Origin: Candidatus Woesearchaeota archaeon
GTDB lineage: Archaea > Nanobdellota > Nanobdellia > Woesearchaeales > GW2011-AR9
Direction of reading: 5' to 3'
DNA length: 64,000 nucleotides
Assembly (NCBI GenBank): GCA_023265685.1
Contig: JAHFSP010000002.1
Location: forward strand, 5,713 to 69,712
Shown piece by piece: positions 9,166-17,485 of this stretch. The notes under the pieces were generated by a model. It searched no databases and had not been told where the DNA came from. It saw only the letters and a list, made by a program, of their open reading frames with translations. The translations under genes were made by a program, and so were the position numbers. Position 1 is the first letter of the stretch. Every line of letters starts with the position of its first letter.

Positions 9166-10287
9166 ATGAAGTATAATACTATCTCATTTTATCGATATAC
9201 GTTGATTGAGAATCCAGAAGAGTTACGTGATCGTCTACGTGATTTTTGTGCTATTCGAGAGATCCAGGGTCGGATTCTGATTGCTCAAGAGGGGATTAAT
9301 GGTGCGGTAAGTGGCGTGGATGAGAAGGTTGAGGAATTAAAGAGCGAGTTACGGACTCTTTTTGCAGGTCTTACGTTTCGCGAGCAAGAGGCGGTTTCTA
9401 CTACGTATCATAAACTGGTGGTTAAGGTTCGTAAGGAAGTGTGTGCGTTTGATTATCCTATTGATGGACGAGAAAGTGCGCAGTATGTGACTCCTACTCA
9501 ATTAGAGTTGATGTATGAAAATAAGGAAGATTTTGTGATTATTGATGCACGTAATAATTATGAATATGAGGTGGGGCGTTTCAAGAATGCGTTGAAAATG
9601 CCGATCAAATCGTTTCGTGAGTTTCCGGAGAAAATCAACGATTTTGCTGAGTTCAAAGATAAGAAAGTAGTGATGTATTGTACGGGTGGAATTCGTTGTG
9701 AGAAAGCAACGGCGTATATGAAACACCAAGGCTTTGAGAACGTTTTTCACTTACAGGGCGGAATTATTAATTATATCAATCACGTGCAGCATACACCTAA
9801 TTTGAATGGTCATTGGGAAGGAGGATTATTCGTTTTTGATGATCGATTAGTTCATCATACTGATACTGCGGTGACACATTGTGTACACTGTGAGCAGGAT
9901 AGCCAGCAATATTACAATTGCCATAATTTAGATTGTGATCGATTGTTTATTTGTTGTAAAGATTGTGCTGTTGTGATGAAGAGGGCGTGTTCGCAAGCAT
10001 GTAAAGATGCGCCTCGACAACGTCGTGTGAAAGTTGTTGAGAAAGTAGTGGGGAGAGTAGAAAATTATTATGCAAAGAAGGGTGTTGCGTTTGCCAAAGT
10101 GTCTAGTCTTCTCAAAGTGGGGGATAGAGTTCGTGTGAAAGGCAAGACGACCGATACTATTCAAACAATTGTGGAGCTTTATGATGATTCTGGGAACTCT
10201 ATTGATGCAGCTAGTTCAGGGGAGTATGTAACGTTTCGAGTGAGTGAGAAAGTACGGTTGCATGATGTTATTTCTATACCTCAATAA
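9166..10287 (+). CDS. trhO: rhodanese-domain tRNA uridine(34) hydroxylase (UPF0176/YceA/TrhO family) with Cys-rich C-terminal extension
   Basis: ISFYRYT..ELRDRL..GRILIAQEGINGAVSG is the UPF0176 N-domain. The rhodanese active loop is YCTGGIRCEKA. C-terminal CxxC clusters are followed by a small beta-barrel-like tail. Confidence 0.7.
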   Translation: MKYNTISFYRYTLIENPEELRDRLRDFCAIREIQGRILIAQEGINGAVSGVDEKVEELKSELRTLFAGLTFREQEAVSTTYHKLVVKVRKEVCAFDYPIDGRESAQYVTPTQLELMYENKEDFVIIDARNNYEYEVGRFKNALKMPIKSFREFPEKINDFAEFKDKKVVMYCTGGIRCEKATAYMKHQGFENVFHLQGGIINYINHVQHTPNLNGHWEGGLFVFDDRLVHHTDTAVTHCVHCEQDSQQYYNCHNLDCDRLFICCKDCAVVMKRACSQACKDAPRQRRVKVVEKVVGRVENYYAKKGVAFAKVSSLLKVGDRVRVKGKTTDTIQTIVELYDDSGNSIDAASSGEYVTFRVSEKVRLHDVISIPQ

Positions 10288-10340
10288 CTCCTACAAAAAT
10301 CTCAACAAACCTTATATAAAATCGCTATTCTGGAGTAGCT

Positions 10341-11474
10341 ATGTTTCATTTTCAGATTACACACCGAGAAGCGCATACGCAGGCACGGTTGGGGACAATG
10401 AGTACTCCACATGGCAGTCTGTCTACTCCAGCGTTTATTCCTGTGGCAACCAAAGCAGCGATTAAAGCACTTTCGTTTCGAGAGTTGACGGAAATTGGTT
10501 TTGAAGCGACATTGTGTAATACGTATCATTTGTATCTTCAGCCAGGTCACGAGATCGTGGAACGATTTGGTGGGCTACACACGTTTAGTACGTGGAACAA
10601 GCCGATGTTTACTGATTCAGGTGGTTTTCAAGTATTTAGTCTTAATAAAAAGTTGTGTAAAGTTGAGGAGGACCAAGTTATTTTTCGTTCCCACATTGAT
10701 GCGTCGAAACATATTTTCACGCCGGAGAAATCAATGCAAATTCAGCGTGCACTTGGCGCCGATATGATTTTTGCGTTTGATCAGTGCTTGGAGATTGAGG
10801 CAGATTTTGAAAAGACACAAAAAGCGTTAGATCGGACACATCGTTGGGAAGAACGAAGTCTGGTTGAATTTCAGAAACTTAATGTTGATAAAAAGCAAGC
10901 TTTGTACGGGATTGTGCAGGGTGGTCGTTTCAAAGATCTTCGAGAAGAATCGGCCAAATTTGTTGCTGCTTTGCCTTTTGAAGGTATTGGGATTGGGAGT
11001 ATTTTTGGGGATCCTAAAAAGGAGAGTAAAGAGTTGGTAGAACATGCGTTGAAATTTTTGCCTGTTGATAAGCCGAAACATCTTTTGGGCATAGGAAGTG
11101 TTGATGATATTTTTATGTATGTGGCGTTGGGAATTGATACGTTTGATTGTGTGCTGCCGACACGTCTTGCTCGAGTAGGATATATTTTCATTCGACCAGA
11201 GAGCGGAGGTAGTGTTGAGAATCGATTTCGGTATAGACTGTTTAACGCAAAATGTAAAGAAAGTAAAGAACCGCTTGATGCAGCATGTGGTTGTTATGTT
11301 TGTACAACGTATACACAGGGGTATTTGCACCATTTGTATAAAGCAGATGAATTGTTATTTTATAATTTAGCGACCTATCACAATTTGGCTTTTTTTAATA
11401 GATTGATGAGAGAAATTCGAGAAGCTATTAAAGAGAATAGATTTGAAGAGATGAGGAAGATGTGGGTAGGTTGA
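10341..11474 (+). CDS. tgt: queuine tRNA-ribosyltransferase, bacterial type
   Basis: 377 aa. Motifs: TPAFIPVATK, FTDSGGFQVFSL (catalytic Asp), GIGSVDD, and the zinc site CGCYVC..(x)..HH. There is no PUA or archaeosine-type C-terminal extension. Confidence 0.85.
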   Translation: MFHFQITHREAHTQARLGTMSTPHGSLSTPAFIPVATKAAIKALSFRELTEIGFEATLCNTYHLYLQPGHEIVERFGGLHTFSTWNKPMFTDSGGFQVFSLNKKLCKVEEDQVIFRSHIDASKHIFTPEKSMQIQRALGADMIFAFDQCLEIEADFEKTQKALDRTHRWEERSLVEFQKLNVDKKQALYGIVQGGRFKDLREESAKFVAALPFEGIGIGSIFGDPKKESKELVEHALKFLPVDKPKHLLGIGSVDDIFMYVALGIDTFDCVLPTRLARVGYIFIRPESGGSVENRFRYRLFNAKCKESKEPLDAACGCYVCTTYTQGYLHHLYKADELLFYNLATYHNLAFFNRLMREIREAIKENRFEEMRKMWVG

Positions 11475-11562
11475 AAAGTTCAGCTATTTACCCATACACA
11501 TATAACTAGATCAAAATAGTTGAGAGATGAGAAGAGTGAGAGAGGATAGAAAGAGAGAAACC

Positions 11563-12558
11563 ATGCATACTAACAAACCCATAGATTTAGAATCTTATAC
11601 CTACACTCTACCTAAAGAGTTAATCGCACAAGAAGCCATGCATCCGCGAGATCATTGTAAGCTGTTAGTAGTTCACAAAGAGGGAGAAATTGAGGATAAG
11701 ACGTTTTACGATGTTTTAGATTATTTTCAAGAGGGTGATGTTCTGGTTCTTAATGAGACGAAAGTCGCACATTGCAAAATGATTGGAAAGAAAAAGACCG
11801 GTGGCATGGTTGATATTATTATCACGAAAAAAGTCGTTTCTCATACCTATGAGAGTCGTATTAGAGGAAGTAATTTACGCGCAGGAGTATCTATTGATTT
11901 TCAGCACAATAGAGCGTTAATCATTAAAAAAAAGGATGATGTTTTCACACTGCGTTTTGATAAAGAGCTTACTCATGATGATGTTTCGTTATTGACTCCC
12001 CATTATATTAGGAATAAAGTTCCTGAAGAGGATTATCAGACAGTGTTTGCAAAAAAAGAGGGATCGCTGGCAGCACCAACAGCAGGGTTACATTTTACAA
12101 ATGAGTTACTTGAGAAGATTGAGAAGAAAGGAGTTAAGATCGCTAAAGTGCGTTTAGATATTTCATTTGAAACTTTTCTTCCTGTTCGAAATATGTTGAC
12201 TCATAAAACAGGTAAAGAATATTTTTGCGTTGATGAGGAGAATGCGCAGATTATTAACTCAGGAAGAATCATTGCTGTGGGTACAACTGCTGTAAAATGT
12301 TTAGAGAGTTGTGAATGGGTTAATGAAAAAATATTACCTACAGTGGGTGATTCACAGATTTTTATTACGCCGGGGCATACTTTTAAAGCACCGTATAAGG
12401 CGATGATCACTAATTTTCATTTGCCGAAAACGTCTCTTCTTTTGTTGACGAGTGCGTTTATGGATTGGGAGAGACTTTTGCCTGCCTATGAACATGCAGT
12501 TAAAGAGAATTATCGATTTTATTCTTTGGGTGACGCGATGATGTTGTTTCGAGATTAG
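11563..12558 (+). CDS. queA: S-adenosylmethionine:tRNA ribosyltransferase-isomerase
   Basis: YTYTLPKELIAQEAMHPRDHCKLLV, AAPTAGLHFT and VGTTAVKCLES are QueA hallmarks. I prefer the start at ATG 11563; the ORF track begins at 11527. Confidence 0.8.
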   Translation: MHTNKPIDLESYTYTLPKELIAQEAMHPRDHCKLLVVHKEGEIEDKTFYDVLDYFQEGDVLVLNETKVAHCKMIGKKKTGGMVDIIITKKVVSHTYESRIRGSNLRAGVSIDFQHNRALIIKKKDDVFTLRFDKELTHDDVSLLTPHYIRNKVPEEDYQTVFAKKEGSLAAPTAGLHFTNELLEKIEKKGVKIAKVRLDISFETFLPVRNMLTHKTGKEYFCVDEENAQIINSGRIIAVGTTAVKCLESCEWVNEKILPTVGDSQIFITPGHTFKAPYKAMITNFHLPKTSLLLLTSAFMDWERLLPAYEHAVKENYRFYSLGDAMMLFRD

Positions 12559-12758
12559 ATTAATCCAATTTCATGTAAATACGCTCTGGATTCCGGTTCA
12601 TAATTTTTTGAGGAGAACATGTTCTGAAAGGTAGCTTTACTAGATTTAAGTTGAGAATTAATAAGCATCTTTTGTTGTTCAAAAAATTTAGGGTTATTGA
12701 GAAGTTGCTGCGCATAAAATTCAACATATTCAAGATCTGTTAATGGTATTTTTTTCAT
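12555..12758 (-). CDS. small hypothetical protein (67 aa)
   Basis: ORF whose ATG overlaps the stop of the upstream nucleotidyltransferase-like gene (ATGA at 12755-12758). Confidence 0.35.
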   Translation of the reverse strand: MKKIPLTDLEYVEFYAQQLLNNPKFFEQQKMLINSQLKSSKATFQNMFSSKNYEPESRAYLHEIGLI

Positions 12759-13360
12759 CCTTGTTCTATAATAGGTTTATACTTATTAAACCTCTCTGGG
12801 GAAATTATCTCTTTAAAGAAAACTCGTAAATGCCTAGCATCTTCAATGTCTTTTTTACTTCCTAAAATAATTTCTTTATAGAGTATCTCAAATTCGACAG
12901 GAGGTATGTTGAACTCAAAGTCTTCAATTTTTATTCTTTGAGGGTGATTTAGTTCGTAATATTTAGCAATTCTTTTTGGAGTTACAGGAATACATTCCAT
13001 ATTTGGAAATGTTTCGCCCTGACGGGCGAATCGGATACTGGCCATATCTTGTAAATACTCATAGGCTTCTGAAGCTGAGTTAGACTGATAGCACCAAAAG
13101 CCCCCCGCGATTAAGTCTTCAAATATTTTTTTGAATGTTTCTTGTCCAACCAAAGGGAGGAGAATGTCGACATCTTCTGTACCTCTTGTCCTACCGGTAG
13201 AAATACTTACATAGCCACTTACAATCAACGAATGAGTATGTTTGTTAAAAACTGTGAGAAATTGCTTGACAAAATGATCTAATTCGGTTAATGAGCGGTG
13301 CATTATAATTACATTGTTTTGAATCTCATAGGCAGCTGGCATATAATGAAAAATAGACAT
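12755..13360 (-). CDS. nucleotidyltransferase-fold protein
   Basis: 201 aa. VSGYVSISTGRTRGTEDVDILLP resembles the minimal NTase motif GS-x(n)-G-x(n)-[DE]-x-D. Confidence 0.45.
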   Translation of the reverse strand: MSIFHYMPAAYEIQNNVIIMHRSLTELDHFVKQFLTVFNKHTHSLIVSGYVSISTGRTRGTEDVDILLPLVGQETFKKIFEDLIAGGFWCYQSNSASEAYEYLQDMASIRFARQGETFPNMECIPVTPKRIAKYYELNHPQRIKIEDFEFNIPPVEFEILYKEIILGSKKDIEDARHLRVFFKEIISPERFNKYKPIIEQG

Positions 13361-13410
13361 TACCTTTTTAAAATATTCTTAGAATTGCAATGGCACCACC
13401 ATAATTTTTA

Positions 13411-13779
13411 ATGGGTGATGGAGATACCATGAATAATCTTATTGAACAATGCCAGCAACAATGTTTGAAAGAGAGAGTAGTGTATCTTCCGGGCGAGGGG
13501 TGTGTGTATGGTGAAGGACATTTCTTTAAAGAAAATTCTCTGGGTCCAGCTTTTCAAGTATACTATCACCGATTAACTGGATTTAGACCAGACTCGTTGT
13601 TAAAAACTACTCACGTTGTTCCTCCTGGGGCACAAAGAATTGAGTACCATTATAGGTATAGGAGCCCACAAGGCGAACTGATTATTATTCCTACAGTTGA
13701 GCAATTAGAACGAGCTCTTGAAGGGCCAGGGATAGATCCATTTCGAATTGATGTTGATGATAATAACGATGATGAATAA
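13411..13779 (+). CDS. hypothetical protein with acidic C-terminus
   Basis: 122-aa ORF. Its stop overlaps the start of the next gene. Confidence 0.4.
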   Translation: MGDGDTMNNLIEQCQQQCLKERVVYLPGEGCVYGEGHFFKENSLGPAFQVYYHRLTGFRPDSLLKTTHVVPPGAQRIEYHYRYRSPQGELIIIPTVEQLERALEGPGIDPFRIDVDDNNDDE

Positions 13780-14314
13780 TCTTAATTCTTTTCTTACCGT
13801 ACTTGAACAGGAAGCGATGCGTCGTGGTATTCCAATTATAGGGCCACAGAAAGGGGCGTGGCTGTTTGAGAAGGTTAGAGATTTGCGGCCTTGTGAGATT
13901 TTGGAGTTAGGTACCGCTGCAGGGTATAGTGGAATTATTCTTGGTTCAACTGGTGGTCATTTAACAACTGTGGACAAAAGTTTTCCGATTCAAGCAGAAG
14001 GAAAAGAGAATTTGGCTCGAGCAGGGATTAATGCGACAGTCATATTTGGAGATATTCCGACGTGGCTTAAGGAGATTACGAAGACAAGGAAAGAATTTTT
14101 TGATCTGATTTTTATTGATTTTGAAAAGAAAGAATATTGCGCTGCGTTGCCGTATTGTCTTGAGTTGGTGAAAGTTGGTGGTCATATAATTACTGATAAT
14201 GTGCTGATGGAAAAATCTAAAGATTTTCTGGAGCTGGTGATGAAGCATCCACAATTAAAGACGGAATTGATTGAGATTCAAGATGGAATGACGTGTAGTA
14301 AGAGGATTACTTAA
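13769..14314 (+). CDS. class I SAM-dependent O-methyltransferase (family 3-like)
   Basis: ILELGTAAGYSGIILG (SAM motif I) and IFIDFEKKEY..GGHIITDNVL fit the caffeoyl-CoA OMT-like layout. The start is set at ATG 13769/13772, overlapping the upstream stop. Confidence 0.65.
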   Translation: MMNNLNSFLTVLEQEAMRRGIPIIGPQKGAWLFEKVRDLRPCEILELGTAAGYSGIILGSTGGHLTTVDKSFPIQAEGKENLARAGINATVIFGDIPTWLKEITKTRKEFFDLIFIDFEKKEYCAALPYCLELVKVGGHIITDNVLMEKSKDFLELVMKHPQLKTELIEIQDGMTCSKRIT

Positions 14315-14394
14315 GTAGAATGATTATCCAATATTGATACCACTATCAAGAGGTAAATTTATAAATAACCTCGCTTTCTTAATAAGAGATTGAC

Positions 14395-14883
14395 ATGGAA
14401 TATTCACACGTTATACCATTAACATTGCTTTATGTTTCTCTTACTGCGTGTGGCCCTATTCCCTTGTATAATCAGCGAGATATTGTTCGAGATCAAGATA
14501 CAGTTGGGACAACTCTTTTTGTTATAGCACCACCCTCAGAACTCCCACGTGAAAAACCGGCAGAATCTATTTCCAGTAATCATCCGCTTGAGCAAAATGA
14601 ACTTCATTACATGCCTTTGGGGTATCATGTTGATAAGAGCCTAGAGGGTAGTGTTTTAACTTTGGTTGGGTTATATTCGGGGAGCTTACATTTACAAATA
14701 AAGAAAGCAGATGCAGTGTATATAAATGGAGAAGTAAGTCTTAGAAATAATTCTCAGTTTCTTGAGCAAGTCGTTCGTGACGCAGACATAAATGGAGATA
14801 AAGAGGTTACACACCAAGAGGTTTCAGATTTACTACAAAAAATTCTGAACAAACGTATTTCTAAACGACAAAAGAAAAAGTAA
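14395..14883 (+). CDS. putative lipoprotein with EF-hand/dockerin-like Ca-binding loop
   Basis: The N-terminal hydrophobic segment ends in LTAC (lipobox-like). DINGDKEVTHQE fits DxNxDxxVxxxE. Confidence 0.45.
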   Translation: MEYSHVIPLTLLYVSLTACGPIPLYNQRDIVRDQDTVGTTLFVIAPPSELPREKPAESISSNHPLEQNELHYMPLGYHVDKSLEGSVLTLVGLYSGSLHLQIKKADAVYINGEVSLRNNSQFLEQVVRDADINGDKEVTHQEVSDLLQKILNKRISKRQKKK

Positions 14884-14888
14884 AAGAA

Positions 14889-15635
14889 CTAGCTATCTGG
14901 ACAAAAGTCCCACATGAATTGGAAGAATTTTCGATAGCCATCGGCAAGTTGTTTATTTTTGAGAACGAATTGGATAGGTTCGCTGTCTAACTGACCAGGT
15001 TTTACGCCGATGAAAGTGACGACGTAATCGCCAAAAATATCAATACAGGTTGGACTGGAGTATTTTTTAGGAAGAAATTTGTAGGGTTTTCCAACCATTT
15101 TCAAGATTTCTGGTTTTTGTTCTTTTACATCATAATCAAAGAGGTGAAAGAATTTGATGCCGCGTTTTCTGCGTTCAACACCAAAATGGGTTAAATAATA
15201 TTGAAGACGGGGGTCAAGCCAAAATGCTTTGGCTCCAATGAAATAGACCGGCTGGTTTTGCTCTAGAATGAGATGTAGGTAGTTTTTGAAGCCTTCGATG
15301 CCGCGAAATAGATACGCTTCTGCCTGAGGCTCTACAAAATTGTAGAGTTTTTTCATCTCGGGAAGCTGTTTAATTAGGGAGAGTTCTTGCTCTTTGATCA
15401 TTTCAGCAAGACGTTGTGGATCGGCTGGTTTGAAAATTTTTTCTCCTTTGACGAAGGTTTCTGAAGCAAGACCCTTTTGTATGAGTTTATGGAGAGAATC
15501 GTAGACGTTACGGCGATGAACTTTTGATTTGACAGAGAGAGTGTTAACGTTGGTTTCGCCAACTTGTAAGAGTGCTTCGTAGACGCGAGATTCGTTGAGT
15601 GAGAGTCCGATCTTTTGAAGGAGTTCTTGAAACAT
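14889..15635 (-). CDS. TrmB-family transcriptional regulator
   Basis: MFQELLQKIGLSLNESRVYEALLQVGETNVNTLS... is a TrmB wHTH; 248 aa. Confidence 0.75.
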   Translation of the reverse strand: MFQELLQKIGLSLNESRVYEALLQVGETNVNTLSVKSKVHRRNVYDSLHKLIQKGLASETFVKGEKIFKPADPQRLAEMIKEQELSLIKQLPEMKKLYNFVEPQAEAYLFRGIEGFKNYLHLILEQNQPVYFIGAKAFWLDPRLQYYLTHFGVERRKRGIKFFHLFDYDVKEQKPEILKMVGKPYKFLPKKYSSPTCIDIFGDYVVTFIGVKPGQLDSEPIQFVLKNKQLADGYRKFFQFMWDFCPDS

Positions 15636-15755
15636 TTTCTTTTAAAAATGGGACTTTTAATATAAAGATTGTGTTGAGGATTGTGTTGTGAGGTGGTGTT
15701 TACCACCGCTTAGATTGATAACAGGAGTCATTCTTAATTCTATCAATTATTACTA

Positions 15756-15791
15756 ATTACACTAACTGATTACACTATTAACCAGATTACA
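15756..15791. promoter_or_regulatory. three direct ATTACA(C/A) repeats in the TrmB/symporter divergent intergenic region (candidate operator)
   Basis: ATTACA occurs at 15756, 15769 and 15786. A tandem GATTGTGTTG x2 lies at 15667-15692 and a GGTGG/CCACC hairpin at 15692-15707. Confidence 0.3.
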
Positions 15792-15823
15792 ATTAATTTT
15801 AATAATTTTTAATAATTTTAAAC

Positions 15824-17347
15824 ATGACATTCATTTCCTCTACGGCAGGATACCTGATCTTGGCACTTTATGGTATTTTTATGATACTTGTGACATATCT
15901 CTTTGCACGTTGGAAAAGATATCGTTCCATTTCTGGTTTTCTGGTTGCTGAGAGAAACGTGCATTGGTTGCTGGGTGCAACGAGTATTGCTGCGTCGTGG
16001 ATTTGGGCTCCAGCACTTTTTATATCTACACAGGTTGCTTATGAAATGGGATTACCAGGGATATTCTGGTTTACGTTTCCAAATATCATTGCGTTATTAA
16101 TTTATATTTTTCTTGCTCCAAAAATTAGAGAAAAATTGCCTTACGGATATACTTTACCACAATATATAAAGCATAGATTGCGCAGTGAGCGAGTTCATAC
16201 GATTTATCTTTTCCCGTACTTTTTTTATCAGCTTATGGCGGTAACGGTTCAGTTATATGCCGGGGGAAATTTGGTTTCGTTATTAACGGGCATTCCTTTG
16301 ATTAGTGCAATGATAATGATGGCTACGACAGTTTTAATTTATGCATTTATTTCTGGTTTAGAATCGTCATTTGTTACAGATTTTATTCAATTTATAATGA
16401 TTGTACTTGGTGTAGGAATCGTTGTACCTTGGGCAGTTATGAGAGCAGGAGGCTGGAGTGTTGTGGCACAAGGGTTAGGTGGAGTGTCTGGTCAATTTAC
16501 CCATATATTTGATCCGAGTGTTGCTTTTTCATTTGGGATTGTTACAGCTATTGGACTTATTTCAGGTGCTATTTCTGATCAGCAGTATTGGCAACGTGCA
16601 TTTGCAATTAAAAAAAATAATTTAGTACTCTCTTTTATATTTGGAGCAATTATGTTTGGAATTGTTCCGGTTGCACTTTCAATATTGGGTTTTATTGCGG
16701 CAAACGCAGAGGTAGGGGTGGTTCTACCGGTAGGAATTGATGCGTCGATGATTGGAGTACTTACGGTAAGTCATCTGCTTGGGGCAGGAGCAATGGTATT
16801 GTTTGTAATTATGTTATTAAGTGCATTATATTCCACATTGGATTCAGGAGTGGTAGCGACAAGTTCGTTGTATGTTACTGATGTGATACAATATTCTCTA
16901 AAAGAAAAAGAAATAATTCAAAAATTAGATGAAGAAGTTCCTCTTACATTGGAAGAAGAAAGTATAGGAAGGGTATTAGATGACAGAGGTGTACGAAACT
17001 CAAGGAAAGCAATGTTGGGTATAACTTTATTAGGATTTTTGGTGGCTTTGGGGGTTACGTATATCCCTGGCTTTGGTTTAAAACATCTGTGGTGGATTTT
17101 TAATACGTTTGCTGCGTGTGTGGTTGTTCCTACGGTTCTAAGTTTATTTTGGAAAAAACTTGATGAACGAGGGGTGTTCTGGGGCGTCCTTGTTTCTTTT
17201 GTTGTAGGAGTTCCGTGGTTTATTTATGGAAATGTCGTTGATAGATCAGCCTATATTGTTGGTGCATCATTGTTTATTATTGGTATATGTACAGCATTTT
17301 GTATTATTTTGAAAAGAAAGATACCTTGGACAGACACTTCACCCTAA
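15824..17347 (+). CDS. sodium:solute symporter (SSF) family transporter
   Basis: 507 aa, about 13 hydrophobic helices, SSF-like N-terminal region (RSISGFLVAERNVHWLLGATSIAASWIWAPALF). Confidence 0.7.
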   Translation: MTFISSTAGYLILALYGIFMILVTYLFARWKRYRSISGFLVAERNVHWLLGATSIAASWIWAPALFISTQVAYEMGLPGIFWFTFPNIIALLIYIFLAPKIREKLPYGYTLPQYIKHRLRSERVHTIYLFPYFFYQLMAVTVQLYAGGNLVSLLTGIPLISAMIMMATTVLIYAFISGLESSFVTDFIQFIMIVLGVGIVVPWAVMRAGGWSVVAQGLGGVSGQFTHIFDPSVAFSFGIVTAIGLISGAISDQQYWQRAFAIKKNNLVLSFIFGAIMFGIVPVALSILGFIAANAEVGVVLPVGIDASMIGVLTVSHLLGAGAMVLFVIMLLSALYSTLDSGVVATSSLYVTDVIQYSLKEKEIIQKLDEEVPLTLEEESIGRVLDDRGVRNSRKAMLGITLLGFLVALGVTYIPGFGLKHLWWIFNTFAACVVVPTVLSLFWKKLDERGVFWGVLVSFVVGVPWFIYGNVVDRSAYIVGASLFIIGICTAFCIILKRKIPWTDTSP

Positions 17348-17485
17348 AACGATTTCACTCTAAAACATACTAGGCTACTGCTTTAACAAGCTAATTCTTC
17401 ATAGAAAAACTGAGCCACAACAATGTTTAAATAGAAGATGGTCTCGCTGTGCGCCTTGATGGGTGCTGATATTGTTAAAGAGGGA

